In this document: positions 12,945 to 26,490 of the stretch, in pieces | Numbering within the stretch: the stretch's first letter is position 1 | Layout: each line of letters begins with the position of its first letter | Assembly (NCBI GenBank): GCA_964016885.1 | Contig: OZ024745.1 | Span: 56,482,001 to 56,546,000 of the forward strand | DNA: 64,000 nt | Reading direction: 5' to 3' | DNA from: Eledone cirrhosa | Taxonomy: Eukaryota | Notes under the pieces: generated by a model | The model's input: only the letters and a program-made list of their open reading frames with translations | The model's database searches: none | What the model was told of the DNA's origin: nothing | Program-made: the position numbers and the translations under genes

Positions 12945-13600
12945 TTGAATTTATATTATTCGCTGGATTGTGTACGCTTATGATATAGCACAGTACTGTT
13001 GCACAATGGATAAAGCCAATAAATTGCTAAATATCATGGAAGAGATTTGGGTTCACAACATCGTTAAAGTATTCGAAAACTAAAGTGTTCAGCAACAGCG
13101 AACTAGAGAAGGATGAATCACTTTTTAACATTGATGAAGATGTGAAAGCGATAGAAGATGTGAAAAAATCATTTATTTGAAAAAGATGATTTCCAGAGAT
13201 CCAAAAGCAATTTAAGTAGAGCTACAAATATCAAAAGCAACCGCTAAATTTAATGAACTGAAAATAGTTATAACAGACAAGACAATTAACGTGAATACGA
13301 AAAGAAGGTTAGTTGAATCAGGTGTGAGATCTCTATTGATATTTGGAGTACAATCTTGGCAATGAATATAATTTGAAATACGAAAAATTGAAGCGTACTG
13401 GATACAATCTCAAAGAAATATCGTTAAAGAGGGCTGGAGCAGAGTCAATTTTGATGATGGAAAATAGAAAGTTCTATACACTAACATACAAATGCATACT
13501 ATTTTCAAGACTCCTCTTAACGAAGCTTCATCTATGCACAACATCTCAAGTATATGGGACATGGATGTCGAGCAGACAAAACAATATACAAAAAGTGAAT
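12945..13600 (+). pseudogene. Old LINE RT/thumb fragment (RTE-like)
   Basis: Manual translation gives KTKVF, ATAKFNELKIVITDKTINVNTKRRLVESGVRSLLIFGVQSW, matching the post-RT TKxRL..LLYGxExW pattern. Confidence 0.55.
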
Positions 13601-16600
13601 ATGGATTCCAAACCAACTATAAGTTATTACCGGGATTCCTGGTTGAATTATATAGAAATTCTAAACCTAACTGTTGATGAGGCAAATGCATTAAGATAAT
13701 CATGATTTGAGTTCGCCAAGCTAGTCACTGAAATAAACCTGTCTCAAGGATTTCTATAAAGCTGAAGGAGCATCTTTCAGAAAGGACCTGAACAGGCAAT
13801 ATTACATATAATTAGATATTTTCATATATTATGATACGCGGTGTTTTATGTGTGCAATTTTCATACGTATAAGGCATGATCTATTTTCTGCGTGTTAGAG
13901 TTTACAGATGATGTTTACAGATTATCTGTGTAAGATTGCTTATTGTCAGGTTTGGCAGCAAGTAATTTGTTGATGTGCAAAGTGTGGGGTTATAATTGTA
14001 GTTTACGGATATAGGAGCTGTTAGACCTTTGCTCTGAAAGAATGTGATCTGCACACTTTTCATTGCTGCGCTCAGACATGCAGCTTCCGTACAACGAAAT
14101 AAGAATTAAATGGAATGTTCCTAACTTAATGCGTTGTAACAGTGCCTTCAACGGTGTCATATATTTCAGCAGTAGTAAAGATGAAGTAGCAAATGTAAAC
14201 ACAGAGTTCAATACGATCTATTTTACCAATTTATTTCCACAAGGAAACAATAACGACTTACAACTGCTACTCTATTATAGAATGTACATATATTCGAAAT
14301 GAAATCCAGTATCTCATATAGAGAACAATACCGTGAAGTTGTTTAGTTATCTCGGAAGATATTAAAGTTAAGATGTACTTTAAATACTTAAAATTACTTT
14401 ACAGCTGCAGCAACTACTGTCGATAAAGTGGTCTTTTACATGTAACTTTAAATACAGGCCTTTGTAAACATTATTGTGAAGTCAATGAGAAATTTGTGGA
14501 TATCTACAGCATTCAAACCGACTTCTTGCCATCTATAAGGATCTTGTTACACATATAATTGATAGAATTTCAAAAGATACTTTACAGGAAAGCTAGCTTA
14601 AAAAACATTATACCTCAATACACAAGAAAACGCAATCTTTAATCAAGAGGAATTACCCCCCTCCCAAAATAAAATAGAGCCATAATGCTGGGACTCGAGT
14701 CCTCAAGTGCAAGAAACATTTTCGCTGTGTTAAACATTTCACTAAATCGCCACCGACAAATTTCTCCGATATATTAACCCTTATTAACGAGGCAGTACAT
14801 ATGCAATCAAACACATTTTAGAACCGTTGAAATTGCATATTACGGGTGGGGTTTGAGTCGTACGGGCGGCGATGTACATATATTTTTTCGTCTTCATAGT
14901 TTCTATGCCCAAATTATTAGTCTATTTTTCATAGTCAAAACGTTGCGGATTCTAACTTACAAATCCAAAATCTATCACTCAATGCCTCTAAAAGTAGATT
15001 GTTTTCATAACTACCACAAGGCTTCATATAGCGGAAAAAATGTCGGTGGCAATTTAGTGTTATGGTTTGCACGGCGAAACAGAATAATGGCATAATGCAG
15101 GGAGTGTTCGAATCAAACATGCAGTGTTTCCAGGGTTTATATGCCCAACTATTTTTCATAGTCAAAGACACTTGATGCTTCTAAGTTACACATTGATAAC
15201 TACCTATCGCTCAACGGTTCTAAAAATAGATTGGTTACACACACATACACATAAATACACACGCACACACACACACACAGACACACACACACACACACAC
15301 ATATATATATCCTCGTAATACACGGGTATTCATTTTCTCGTGTTATTGCATAGGTTAGTATGAATTATTCCTTCTACATGAACACATTATTCTAATACAA
15401 TTGTTTCTGTACTTAGATCAGTGAACTGTAATTTGCGTTTTATAATATCTGAGATTCCAATGACAATCAAAGGGATAACGTAATAGGCGGAGACTTTGAT
15501 ATTTGTTAATGACCTTATATTTGGGTATATGTGATTGAAAATAATCGCGTTTAATTCAAAATGAAACATCATAAACCTACTATATATACAACCATAAACA
15601 GTCGTAGTAAAACCAACGTAGTAAAACCACTCCTTAATAACAGAGTGAAAATATGCGTCTTTCTGGAAAAACACATACTTTTGTTTTAGCCGCAGGAAAT
15701 AAAAAATAAGATATTCTTGTTTGTACATCAGCATACATTAGAAATCAAAGATTCCGGCGCAATTATATTTTGTTTAAAACCATTTTAATTATACTGCTAA
15801 TAAGATAGTTTCCGTATGAAACAGTGAAATTGCATCAATGGAGTCACTTAAAATGTTATAATTAGTAGCCACGTTTCTCCCATATCGCCCTTAGTCTCAT
15901 ATAAATGTATGCGGAAATATTGAATATGTTAGCTCTAGATTCATTCCATTACAAACAAACAGGCCTTTCATTATATGAGAGCTGATGAAGTATTAAACGA
16001 CAAATAATACCGCCTGCATTCGTTTTCCTTCTTCGGATTTGATGTAAATAATTACTACCTGCTTTTAATAATTATTTACTTTGTATGAGAAACATATTCA
16101 CAGTTTCATAGCTTTATATAAACACATCTTAACTAACTTTGTAGAATGAATAGCAGCATGACAGCTTTGAATTGCCGAGTAGAATTGAAACAAGATGATT
16201 TTGTAAAATGTATTAATTTATTTGTATCGTAATGTGAATATTTATTGAGAGACACACATTGAAAGAGATCCACGTGTGTCTATCCTCTTATCTTAAACAA
16301 AAACAAAACATTTTCTAGATATGTTTAGAAATACACAAATCAATTCTTGTTTAGATAAATTTGTGGAAATTTCACGCTATCTCTAGCAAGGCGAGCAATA
16401 GCATAACATCACCGTCATATTTCTGGCCGTTGTTTTAATATAAAGCAAAATGTATTTATTCTCAGCAGAAAATGTCTAATACATTGACAGATTGAAGTTG
16501 CTGACTGTCACTGATTTTCTATTCGGTTTAAGAAATGTTCACTGAATTGTTTTTATAATCCGTATAGAGATCTAAATAAAAATACACCACATTATATATG

Positions 16601-16679
16601 AACAATAAAGATGGACCTACTAACCGAAATATATCAGGAAAACACTTATTACAAAGATAATATGTATTTATTCATTCTC

Positions 16680-16810
16680 TTAATGTTCAGATTTCAAATT
16701 CTGCCGAAGTTAAATTCACCTTTCACCCTTCCCTGTTTGACAAAATAAAGGACCTGTCAAATAAACGGGTCGATCCACAAATGTCTGGTCTCGGGTCTAT
16801 ATTAGGAATG
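16680..16810 (+). mobile_element. Degenerate SINE copy
   Basis: ttcaaattctgccgaagttaaattcacctttcacccttcc..gacaaaataaaggacc aligns to the SINE core. Confidence 0.6.
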
Positions 16811-17749
16811 ATTAAACTTTCCTCACCGGATAAGTGTTTGATTGGATATGGGAGCTGATTTAACTAGTGTATAATTATATCCTTTGTGCAGGATGAATAT
16901 ATTTAAAACTGCCTTTTGGGCCGTCCTTCGTATGACAATCACATTCTTCTAGCAGGAATTACGTGGAATTACATTGATGAATAATATTATTAATTCTATT
17001 ATTGTGGTTTAGCTTATAATAATTATTTATCATATGCTATCATAGGATTAAATAAAGTCAATCCTAAACCATCTCAACATTGTAGCATATGCTATATTAT
17101 CTAAGACTGTGGCAAGATGCCAAATTATGCAGTGAATTTTTTCCCGTATCGATTACTAGCATTGTATATCATGCCTGTTATGCTATTGTTATTTACCAGC
17201 ATCAACTTTACAAGGCTAACCAAAATATAGCGAGATTACTCTAAACAGTATCAATGGACACACTTTTTACCTCGTTGCCAAACATGTCGCTTGGGTCTAT
17301 GATTATATTGGGCATTATCGCAATGCTTAGAAAATATTTACTAAGTTAGTAAATTTCTGGTTGGGAGGGAATAAAGAGAGTGTCGATTGTTACACACATT
17401 TATATTTGAAATATAAGAATTTATTAAATTAGGTAGAGCGTTTGTGTGTGTGAGCGAGTGTTTGGGTGTGAATAATTGGGAGAGAGACAGTGTGTGTATG
17501 TGTGTGAGAGAGAGAGGGTGTACACATGAAAATATATATATATATATATATAGACAAAACTAAAATTACCCATTTAAATAGATACACCAAACACGCAGTG
17601 GCAGGCTGACCGACTGATAAGGTAAACATGTGTCGAATATACATAGATAAAGCATTAAACATCTGGTAAAGATAAACTATACACATACATATAATAGCTG
17701 ATATCTCATATCTTGTCGTTGATACCAAAACGCATTATGCATAGTTTAT

Positions 17750-17812
17750 AGGTATGTATGTATGTATGTATGTATGTATGTATGTATGTATGTATGTATG
17801 TATGTATGTATG
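17750..17812. repeat. (TATG)n microsatellite
   Basis: Direct tetranucleotide run; a longer degenerate run lies at 18618-18826. Confidence 0.97.
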
Positions 17813-17818
17813 TGACAT

Positions 17819-18617
17819 GTCAGGTCACCAGTTGGTGCTACTGGTAACATGTATCCCAGTACAACCTGTCTCATGGTAGGGTCTTTGGCGACTAAACTGG
17901 CAACCCCACCAAGGTTTCTTGGTGAGGAGGGTGACTTTGGACATCCTGCACGACTAAAAACAAAACCTGTCAAAGGGCAAAGGAGCTCTTAAGAGTCAAT
18001 GGCCATCCAAAATCCCCGGGAGAGATGACTCCTTAGCCTTTGTCAAGGCAGAATTCTAGGAGAAGGAAAACTCTGATATAACATCTGCAACTCTGATGGT
18101 ATCCAATGATGTTGACTTGTTCTTCTTTTTGGTAAATATTATCTTGGTTAAGAGAGTGGGACTGGCTTTGTGCAGTACCTTTGCTCACTATAAAAGCTTC
18201 ACGGCACAGGCATTGCTTTATATCTGGAGATCTCTCTGCACTTGTCGTCACATGGTACAATGGGCCCAGCACTATGTGTCAATAAGTGTCACAAGTTTAG
18301 TGTTTGTACCAGAGTTTTCAAGTCGCTGGCTGGACTAAAAAGTCACACTTGTTCAGCGCATCGGTAGGGTCCTCCTACATGGATATAAGGTAGTGGCTGT
18401 ACTCGAAAACGAGTTGGCAGCCACCATGTATGTATGTATGCATGTATGTTATGTCAGGTCACCAGTTGGTGTCAATGATTGTCACAGGTGTAGTGTTTGT
18501 ACCAGAGTTTTCAAGTCGCTGGCTGGACTAAAAAGTCACTCGTTCAGCGCATCGGTAGGGGTTCTCCTACATGGATATAAAGTAGTGGCCGTACTCGAAA
18601 ACGAGTTGGCAGCCACC
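17819..18617 (+). mobile_element. Tandem pair of internally deleted RTE-type LINE derivatives with (ATGT)n tails
   Basis: Both units (17819-18425, 18453-18617) start gtcaggtcaccagttggtg and share a ~140-bp 3' end encoding CSVCTRVFKSLAGLKSH (C2H2-like), ending gcagccacc(ATGT)n. The first unit has an RTE-like 5'UTR (ctaggagaaggaaaactctg). Confidence 0.65.
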
Positions 18618-18926
18618 ATGTATGTATGTATGTATGTATGTATGTATGTATGTATGTATGTATGTATGTATGTATGTATGTATGCGTATATGTATGCATG
18701 TATGCATGTATGTATGCATGTATGTATGCATGTATGTATGTATGTATGTATGCATGTATGTACGTACGTATGCATGTATGTATGTATGTATGTATGTATG
18801 TATGTATGTATGTATGTATGTATGTTTGTATATATATATGTATGTATATATGTTCCTTTGCATATATTTATATATATATATATATATTTATATTTGTATA
18901 TATATACACATATATATATATATATA

Positions 18927-19090
18927 ACGAAGGAAATGTGGTAAGGAACCAGATGGACCATAACGCACCAGAGTACTCAATACTTAGGGTAGTTGAGTGG
19001 GTAAGAGGAAAAGTATGACCCCGGGGGCAGAGCTCAAGCCGTTTCGACGACTATTTCTGGACTAGCTGTCGAAACGGCTTGAGCTCTGCC
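18927..19090. mobile_element. Short asymmetric fold-back repeat (probable PLE 3'-end family)
   Basis: ~36-bp hairpin gtatgacccc..gtttcgac / gtcgaaac..ggggtcatac; homologous to 26121-26303 and 25414-25476; flanked by (TA)n. Confidence 0.6.
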
Positions 19091-19128
19091 GTTGGGGTCA
19101 TACATATCCCTATATATATATAGATATG

Positions 19129-19488
19129 AAAAATAATAAATAATTTAAAAAAAAGCACCTGATAGTTTTTGATTTCGTGCGCATGGCGCGTGTATAGTAC
19201 ACAACGAAAAAAGATTACATCAAACTGAATAGTTTTGGTACATTTTTACTTGATCAGTTTCACTTGAAACAGCTTTTGAAAAGTTCCATTTTATGTTTAA
19301 TTTATTAGTAGTGCAAACATGGAAATACTTTTCAAAAGGTGTTTTAGGCGAAACCGGTCAAGTAAAAAAAAGTACAAAAGGTATTCTTTTTGATGTAAAA
19401 AATTGTTTCTTCCATTGTGTACTATAAACGTAACATGTTTATAAAATAAATAGCACATTAGGTGCTTTTTTCAAATTTTCATCATTTT
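19129..19488. mobile_element. Old non-coding fold-back element with hammerhead-like scaffold
   Basis: Paired blocks aaaaaagcacct/aggtgctttttt, tatagtacacaa/ttgtgtactata, ttacatcaaa/tttgatgtaa, cttttgaaaagt/acttttcaaaag; TA runs on both sides. Confidence 0.75.
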
Positions 19489-19594
19489 ATATATATATAT
19501 ATATAATAGGATTTGTATAGAAATCGTTTATCTTCCAACATTTTGATACTCTCTTTTGTTCTCTCACCCACACTCTCTCTCTTTCTCTCTCGAT

Positions 19595-19596
<2 letters not shown>

Positions 19597-19686
<90 letters not shown>
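19597..19686. repeat. (TCTA)n microsatellite
   Basis: Direct tetranucleotide run. Confidence 0.98.
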
Positions 19687-19714
19687 ATCTCTCTCTCTCT
19701 ATATATATATATAT

Positions 19715-20075
19715 GCTGAACGATGACCAGAAGGGTGGACGCATGCAAGTGTGCCAGGACATCTTCGAGCGTCTTGAAACCGAACCAGACTTGCTAGGGA
19801 CAGTCATCATCGGTGATGACTCATGGATCATCGAGTACGGGCCGGAGGGGACCCGTTTTGAAGACGTGGACGACATCAAAAAGGCCGTGACGACGGAACT
19901 TCGGAGGATCCCGGAAGAATCCTTCCAGGAGTGCATGCAAGCGTAGCAGAACAGGATGGAAAAGTGCATTAGACCCCAGGGGGATTACCTGGAAGGAAAA
20001 AACTCTTAGTGTGAAGTTTGGGTTTGAAATAAATCTTTTGTGACATCAGTCCTGGAACTTTTCTGACCCACCTCG
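19715..20075 (+). mobile_element. Internally deleted mariner transposon with right TIR
   Basis: LNDDQK..VIIGDDSWIIEYGPE (TGDEtW motif) fused to GTRFEDVDDIKKAV..MEKCI..GDYLEG; TIR ..gaacttttctgacccacctcg followed by TA. Confidence 0.88.
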
Positions 20076-20094
20076 TATATATATATATATATAT

Positions 20095-20185
<91 letters not shown>

Positions 20186-20250
20186 GTATGTATATATACA
20201 TCACCTTGATCACCTTGACCGACCAGTCTGTCGGGCGCCAATCGGTGTTC

Positions 20251-20541
20251 ATGAACTGGAAAAGCAGAAATCTAATTTACTGCATTAAATGCCCGAATTG
20301 TGAAGAACTATATGTCGGTCAAACTCGAAATGCACTATCGGAACGTGCCCGGGTACACCGACAGTAAATGAGAGACACAAATGTCCGTCAGATACCCCTA
20401 AGTAACCATCTAGCAACATGTGGTCAGCGAATATTTATAATATTCCCATTCTACAAATTACACAGCCCAAGTGAAATCAAGAGAAAAATCAAAGAAAAGA
20501 ATTTTATTGATAAATTCAAACCCAAGCTAAATGAACAATAA
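20251..20541 (+). pseudogene. PLE GIY-YIG endonuclease C-terminus (Neptune-like CxxC insert)
   Basis: Manual translation [62 protein letters not shown]. The 3'UTR/pLTR runs to about 21060 with TATATAA at 20837. Confidence 0.85.
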
Positions 20542-20905
20542 TAATGGGATATATTAATCCTACTATGACTATGACTACGACCACTAACAACAACAATAAT
20601 AATAATAATAATAAAAGTGATGTTGATGGTGATGATTACTAGAAAATGCTATTTTCATCATTTCTAAAAATAGCAAAACAATTGATGCTTTGGATAGGGT
20701 CAATTAGTAGTCGTTAGACATGCTCAACCAACCGTGACGCCTAAACGAATCAGCTTTAGTAATCCGGTGAAACTACACACCGATTGGTCGAAATACAGTT
20801 TGCAAGATTTAGCATTCTGGAGCCACTTTTCACTATATATAAGGCACAGAATTTACCCATCTCATCACAGTTGAAAATTGCAAACTTGACTGTCACCACA
20901 AAATA

Positions 20906-20944
20906 TGAACCTGAAGATTGCGAAAGCATGAAAGTACTTGTTCA
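20906..20944 (+). ncRNA. Minimal type I hammerhead ribozyme
   Basis: TGAAC-CTGAAGA-T-TGC-gaaa-GCA-T-GAAA-gtac-TT-GTTCA: perfect 5-bp stem I; palindromic AAGTACTT stem III. Confidence 0.85.
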
Positions 20945-21197
20945 ATTAACACTTAACATTTAATATTCTACCATACTATTTCATTCTAATACCATTATAA
21001 ATGTTAAAGGATTGTAAATAAAACGAGTAAATCAGACAAAGTTGGAATTCCTTTTGTTAATATAATATTCTATACACAATCATACACACCCGTGTATATT
21101 TATCTATCTATGTATCTCTCTCTCTCTCTCTCTAATTATATATATATATATAGAGAGTGAGATTACAGTAATCAAAGTTCAGTTTAAGTCATTTATT

Positions 21198-21244
21198 TGC
21201 TTACAATTGTTTCCTCCAAACCGAGGTTTGGATTCTTCGGAGTA
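21198..21244 (-). ncRNA. Hammerhead ribozyme variant (CCGAAGA core)
   Basis: Mirror of 24964-25010. Confidence 0.7.
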
Positions 21245-21915
21245 GCTATTTATAACATACTTGACCTCCTTTTCAACCCAAGAGACACATAAAACATATG
21301 CGCATATTGATCAACAGTGGGGTGACATTCATCAAATGAAATAGCATGGCAATTTACATATAAAGTGTTACATGATAAAAATAAAATAAAATAAAAGCAA
21401 GAGTGAAAATAAAGATAAACATGAAGCGTTGGCAGTCTATGAAGATAAAGCAAGAGGAAAGCTTAGAGTAGTCAGTGCATGAAGCAATCTCCCGTGTAGC
21501 ATGCACGCTTGTCTTATCTATACATGATTAGAGTGCGTCAGAATGATATTTGCAGGGTCAGGCAGTTGAAGCAGGCAATCGATCTTATAATATAGGCTGA
21601 ATTATTAAGTCATTTATTCTCATACATCTGAATGATATACAGTCTCGGATGCGGGGAAACACCAAAATATCAAAAACCTTCAACATACTATAAACCTTAT
21701 TGTATCTTCGGCAAGGTCGTACCACTGTCCTTGCTCACACCACCACTCACATAATCCATGAGACGCAATATATACATAGAGAACACGCGTCTATCGTATA
21801 ATTCGCAGTGGTTCAGCATATAGTCAAGCTATAAACGGTATCCAGTCGTCACTGATTTGGTTGGCCTATACTTACTTAACTAATCCACAGGGAACTTCCG
21901 TACCTCAGCGGTGGT

Positions 21916-23343
21916 TTGTATCGCGATGATGCACTTCTACTTATAGACTATAAAACATTCAATATAGAAAGGACTAGAAAACTATTGCACAAAACATTCA
22001 ACAACTTTAACCTTAGTATTACCATGGACAAAAACACCAAAAACGTCAACTTCCTAGACGCCACACTCTACTTAGACTCAATGATATATGCACCTTTCCA
22101 CAAACCTAATGACAAACTCATCTACGTAGATACCAAGTCTAACCACCCTAAATCTATATTGAACTCTATCTCTAAGGGAGTATCTAATAGAATCTCTAAT
22201 CTATCCTATGACATAAACACATTTAACAATAACTCGCAGTATTATAATCAGGCATTAGCTAGATCAGGCCATAATACAGGGATAGAGTTCCTACCTACAA
22301 AAACACATAGCTACAACATCATTTCACACAACATGTCCATGGGAAAATTTAATAATAAGAATAGCAACTGCACACACACTAATAGGGATTGTAACAACAA
22401 GAGTAACCCGCACCACAGAAATGACCATAGGAACATTAAAGGAAACAAATCACCAGACATAAAAAACAGAAATAGAAGAAGAAATAATACATTTTTCAAC
22501 CCTCCTTTCAATTTAAACGTCTCTACCAACCTTCCTAGGGCTTTCTTCTCACTACTAGATAAACACTTCCCATCCGGCCACAGGTACCACAGCCTTTTAA
22601 ACAAAAACACTATTAAGATCTCATACTCTACTACGCCTAACTTAGCATACCACATAGCTAGTACAAATAAAAGAAAAATTAATTCTTACTTCCAACAAAC
22701 TAAATCACAACGGTCGATAAACCTTCAAAATAACATTCAAAATGACAGTCAAAGTAACATTATAACAAATAACCGTAATATCAATGGAAATAGTAGTAAT
22801 AGCACTAGTGTAAACATTAACGCTGCGTACCACAACCCGCATAACCATAACCCTATAGCTAACCTCCAAACTTCTACACAGCATAGTAACAGGCAGACTA
22901 GCACCCAGAGTAATTGTAACTGTAGATCAAGTAGAACCTGCCCTTTAGATAAAAAATGCTTAACCAAGGATATCATATACTCATGTACAGTCACAACTAA
23001 CAGCTCTTCTGAAACCTACATAGGCTCCACTTCTAACTGCTTCAAAACTAGATACAATTCGCACCTCCACTCTTTCAAAAAACACAGTCTAGCCAACTCC
23101 ACTTCACTATCTAGCTACATACACTATCTAAAAACTAAAAATAAAATATATACACTTAAATGGGAAGTGGTAGGTAGTGCAACATCGTACAAACCACCTG
23201 ATAAATTTTGTAACCTCTGTCTACTAGAGACCCATACTATCATCTTCTCTGAACATAATCTCCTTAATAAAAAATCAGAAGTGTTCGCAAATTGCCAACA
23301 CCGCTTCCGACACTCGTTCCAAAACTTTAAACCCTATATATAA
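21916..23343 (+). CDS. PLE polyprotein C-half: RT (GGLYRDD), thumb, CxC linker, GIY-YIG (probably Hydra clade)
   Basis: YRDD, NFLDATL, SNHP, FFNPPF, HFP, KISYS, CNCRSSRTCPL, IIY..YIGST..FKTRYNSH, CNLC, CQH. Homology begins at 21848 (VTDLVGLYLL) before a frameshift; 5'-truncated, so no true start. Confidence 0.9.
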   Translation: MYRDDALLLIDYKTFNIERTRKLLHKTFNNFNLSITMDKNTKNVNFLDATLYLDSMIYAPFHKPNDKLIYVDTKSNHPKSILNSISKGVSNRISNLSYDINTFNNNSQYYNQALARSGHNTGIEFLPTKTHSYNIISHNMSMGKFNNKNSNCTHTNRDCNNKSNPHHRNDHRNIKGNKSPDIKNRNRRRNNTFFNPPFNLNVSTNLPRAFFSLLDKHFPSGHRYHSLLNKNTIKISYSTTPNLAYHIASTNKRKINSYFQQTKSQRSINLQNNIQNDSQSNIITNNRNINGNSSNSTSVNINAAYHNPHNHNPIANLQTSTQHSNRQTSTQSNCNCRSSRTCPLDKKCLTKDIIYSCTVTTNSSSETYIGSTSNCFKTRYNSHLHSFKKHSLANSTSLSSYIHYLKTKNKIYTLKWEVVGSATSYKPPDKFCNLCLLETHTIIFSEHNLLNKKSEVFANCQHRFRHSFQNFKPYI

Positions 23344-24963
23344 TAATGTCAGACTGGAACCGGCACCACCCCTAGCAATTAACATCAGTAGCACACCTTA
23401 CACCTCACATCCACACCCATCTCTATACTCTAAAGATAATACTGACAGCATTTGAGTGCCACCTACCCTGGGAATACCCCCTTGTACCTCTAATACTGAT
23501 ATCCCGACCGTGGACTACTTATTCTGCATTGCACAAATATAAGATTAGTATAAACTGGGGACACGGTACTGGTTGTGATAGCATAGTCCTGTGCATGGAT
23601 TACCACCAAGAGATAGATTGATGATTAGATAGATAATCGTACTGTTAAGTGAGTATATACTGTAAGCGATCAGTTCATTGAATTATGCACGTAATCATCT
23701 TGATGTGGACTCCCTTAATACCTATTGATAGACTCCACTCTAGCTTGCAGATGTGATACATAATTGATTTATATTTGAGACGGGGGTTGTCTATTACCTG
23801 ATGGCCAGACTAGTGCGTTTATATGAGAGATCGGATCTCCGGACCATACCGAAGATTTACTGGAGATGCAGGCAAGCAATGACCCGGAGCCAACCGGGTG
23901 GCATATATAATAGTGGGACCATACCAGGTCCTACTGTTGTATTACATTTGCATGGAGCAGTGACTTGAGAGTCCGACTCCTCTTATAGAACGTTCAGATA
24001 TGACACCCCTTAATTATTGGTTGGCAATCATCCTAGTATATACACCCTTGTACTTCTTAATGAACAACTCTCTAACTTATAAATGGGTACCATACTCTAG
24101 ATATTAGTTATAACTTCACATGATAGGCACGTATTTGAATCACCATTAATGTAGTTTAGCATAGTAATGTAACTAAAATAACTAGCTAGTTACCTCCCCT
24201 TACGCATTAATTCCCCTTAATCATTCAGGCACTTCCGGAATTTGGACAGCATGATATATTAATTAAGAACCGACTGGATACCGTTTATAGCTTGACTATA
24301 TGCTGAACCACTGCGAATTATACGATAGACGCGTGTTCTCTATGTATATATTGCGTCTCATGGATTATGTGAGTGGTGGTGTGAGCAAGGACAGTGGTAC
24401 GACCTTGCCGAAGATACAATAAGGTTTATAGTATGTTGAAGGTTTTTGATATTTTGGTGTTTCCCCGCATCCGAGACTGTATATCATACAGATGTATGAG
24501 AATAAATGACTTAATAATTCAGCCTATATTATAAGATCGATTTTGGTGTTTCCCCGCATCCGAGACTGTATATCATACAGATGTATGAGAATAAATGACT
24601 TAATAATTCAGCCTATATTATAAGATCGATTGCCTGCTTCAACTGCCTGACCCTGCAAATATCATTCTGACGCACTCTAATCATGTATAGATAAGACAAG
24701 CGTGCATGCTACACGGGAGATTGCTTCATGCACTGACTACTCTAAGCTTTCCTCTTGCTTTATCTTCATAGACTGCCAACGCTTCATGTTTATCTTTATT
24801 TTCACTCTTGCTTTTATTTTATTTTATTTTTATCATGTAACACTTTATATGTAAATTGCCATGCTATTTCATTTGATGAATGTCACCCCACTGTTGATCA
24901 ATATGCGTATATGTTTTATGTGTCTCTTGGGTTGAAAAGGAGGTCAAGTATGTTATAAATAGC

Positions 24964-25010
24964 TGCTCGGAAGAATCCAAACCTCGGTTTGGAGGAAACA
25001 ATTGTAAGCA
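24964..25010 (+). ncRNA. Hammerhead ribozyme variant (CGGAAGA core)
   Basis: TGCT-CGGAAGA-A-TCCAAAC-ctcg-GTTTGGA-G-GAAAC-aatt-GTA-AGCA then AATAAA; palindromic ACAATTGT stem III. Confidence 0.75.
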
Positions 25011-25216
25011 AATAAATGACTTAAACTGAACTTTGATTACTGTAATCTCTATATAACTGCTCTGTATAACAACTGATGTTATTACATTGAGCTATTTAAC
25101 TTACTGGTAATAGGATAGTAATTAGAGACTATCTCTCACTATTTAGGGTTTGTGTATATATAATATATTACCATCAAAGGTTTTATTGCATACATAACCA
25201 TAAATAGTACCCTTAA

Positions 25217-26182
<966 letters not shown>

Positions 26183-26300
26183 GGGTAGTAGAGTGGGAAA
26201 TAGGGAAAAATATTACCTCGACGGCAGAGCTCAAGCCATTTCTGGACTCAGAAATAGCCGTCAAAACGGCTTGAGCTCTGCCGTCGGGGTCATACTTTTT

Positions 26301-26376
<76 letters not shown>

Positions 26377-26433
26377 TATATAAAATAAATTAAAATAAAT
26401 AAGTCAAACATTTAAAATGTGGCTTCGTTTATT

Positions 26434-26490
26434 ACTGCTATATATATATTTCGGTGACAGCCATCTTTGGCTGTGACCTCTTCAGGCAGT
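26434..26490 (-). ncRNA. Type I hammerhead ribozyme, apparently intact
   Basis: ACTGC-CTGAAGA-GGTCACAGCC-aaagat-GGCTGTCACC-GAAA-TATATATA-TA-GCAGT, then AATAAA. Confidence 0.9.

Larger units (their letters stand above)
21159..25049 (+). mobile_element. 5'-truncated PLE with 690-bp inverted terminal arms
   Basis: 21159-21848 is the reverse complement of 24271-25049 (right arm has an 89-bp tandem duplication). The interior holds the RT C-half, GIY-YIG and a long 3'UTR. Confidence 0.93.

Noticed and set aside
21159-25049. Interpretation of the inverted arms as DNA-transposon TIRs
   Set aside because: The interior encodes RT and GIY-YIG, and the arms are copies of the 3'UTR/pLTR that break abruptly into coding sequence.
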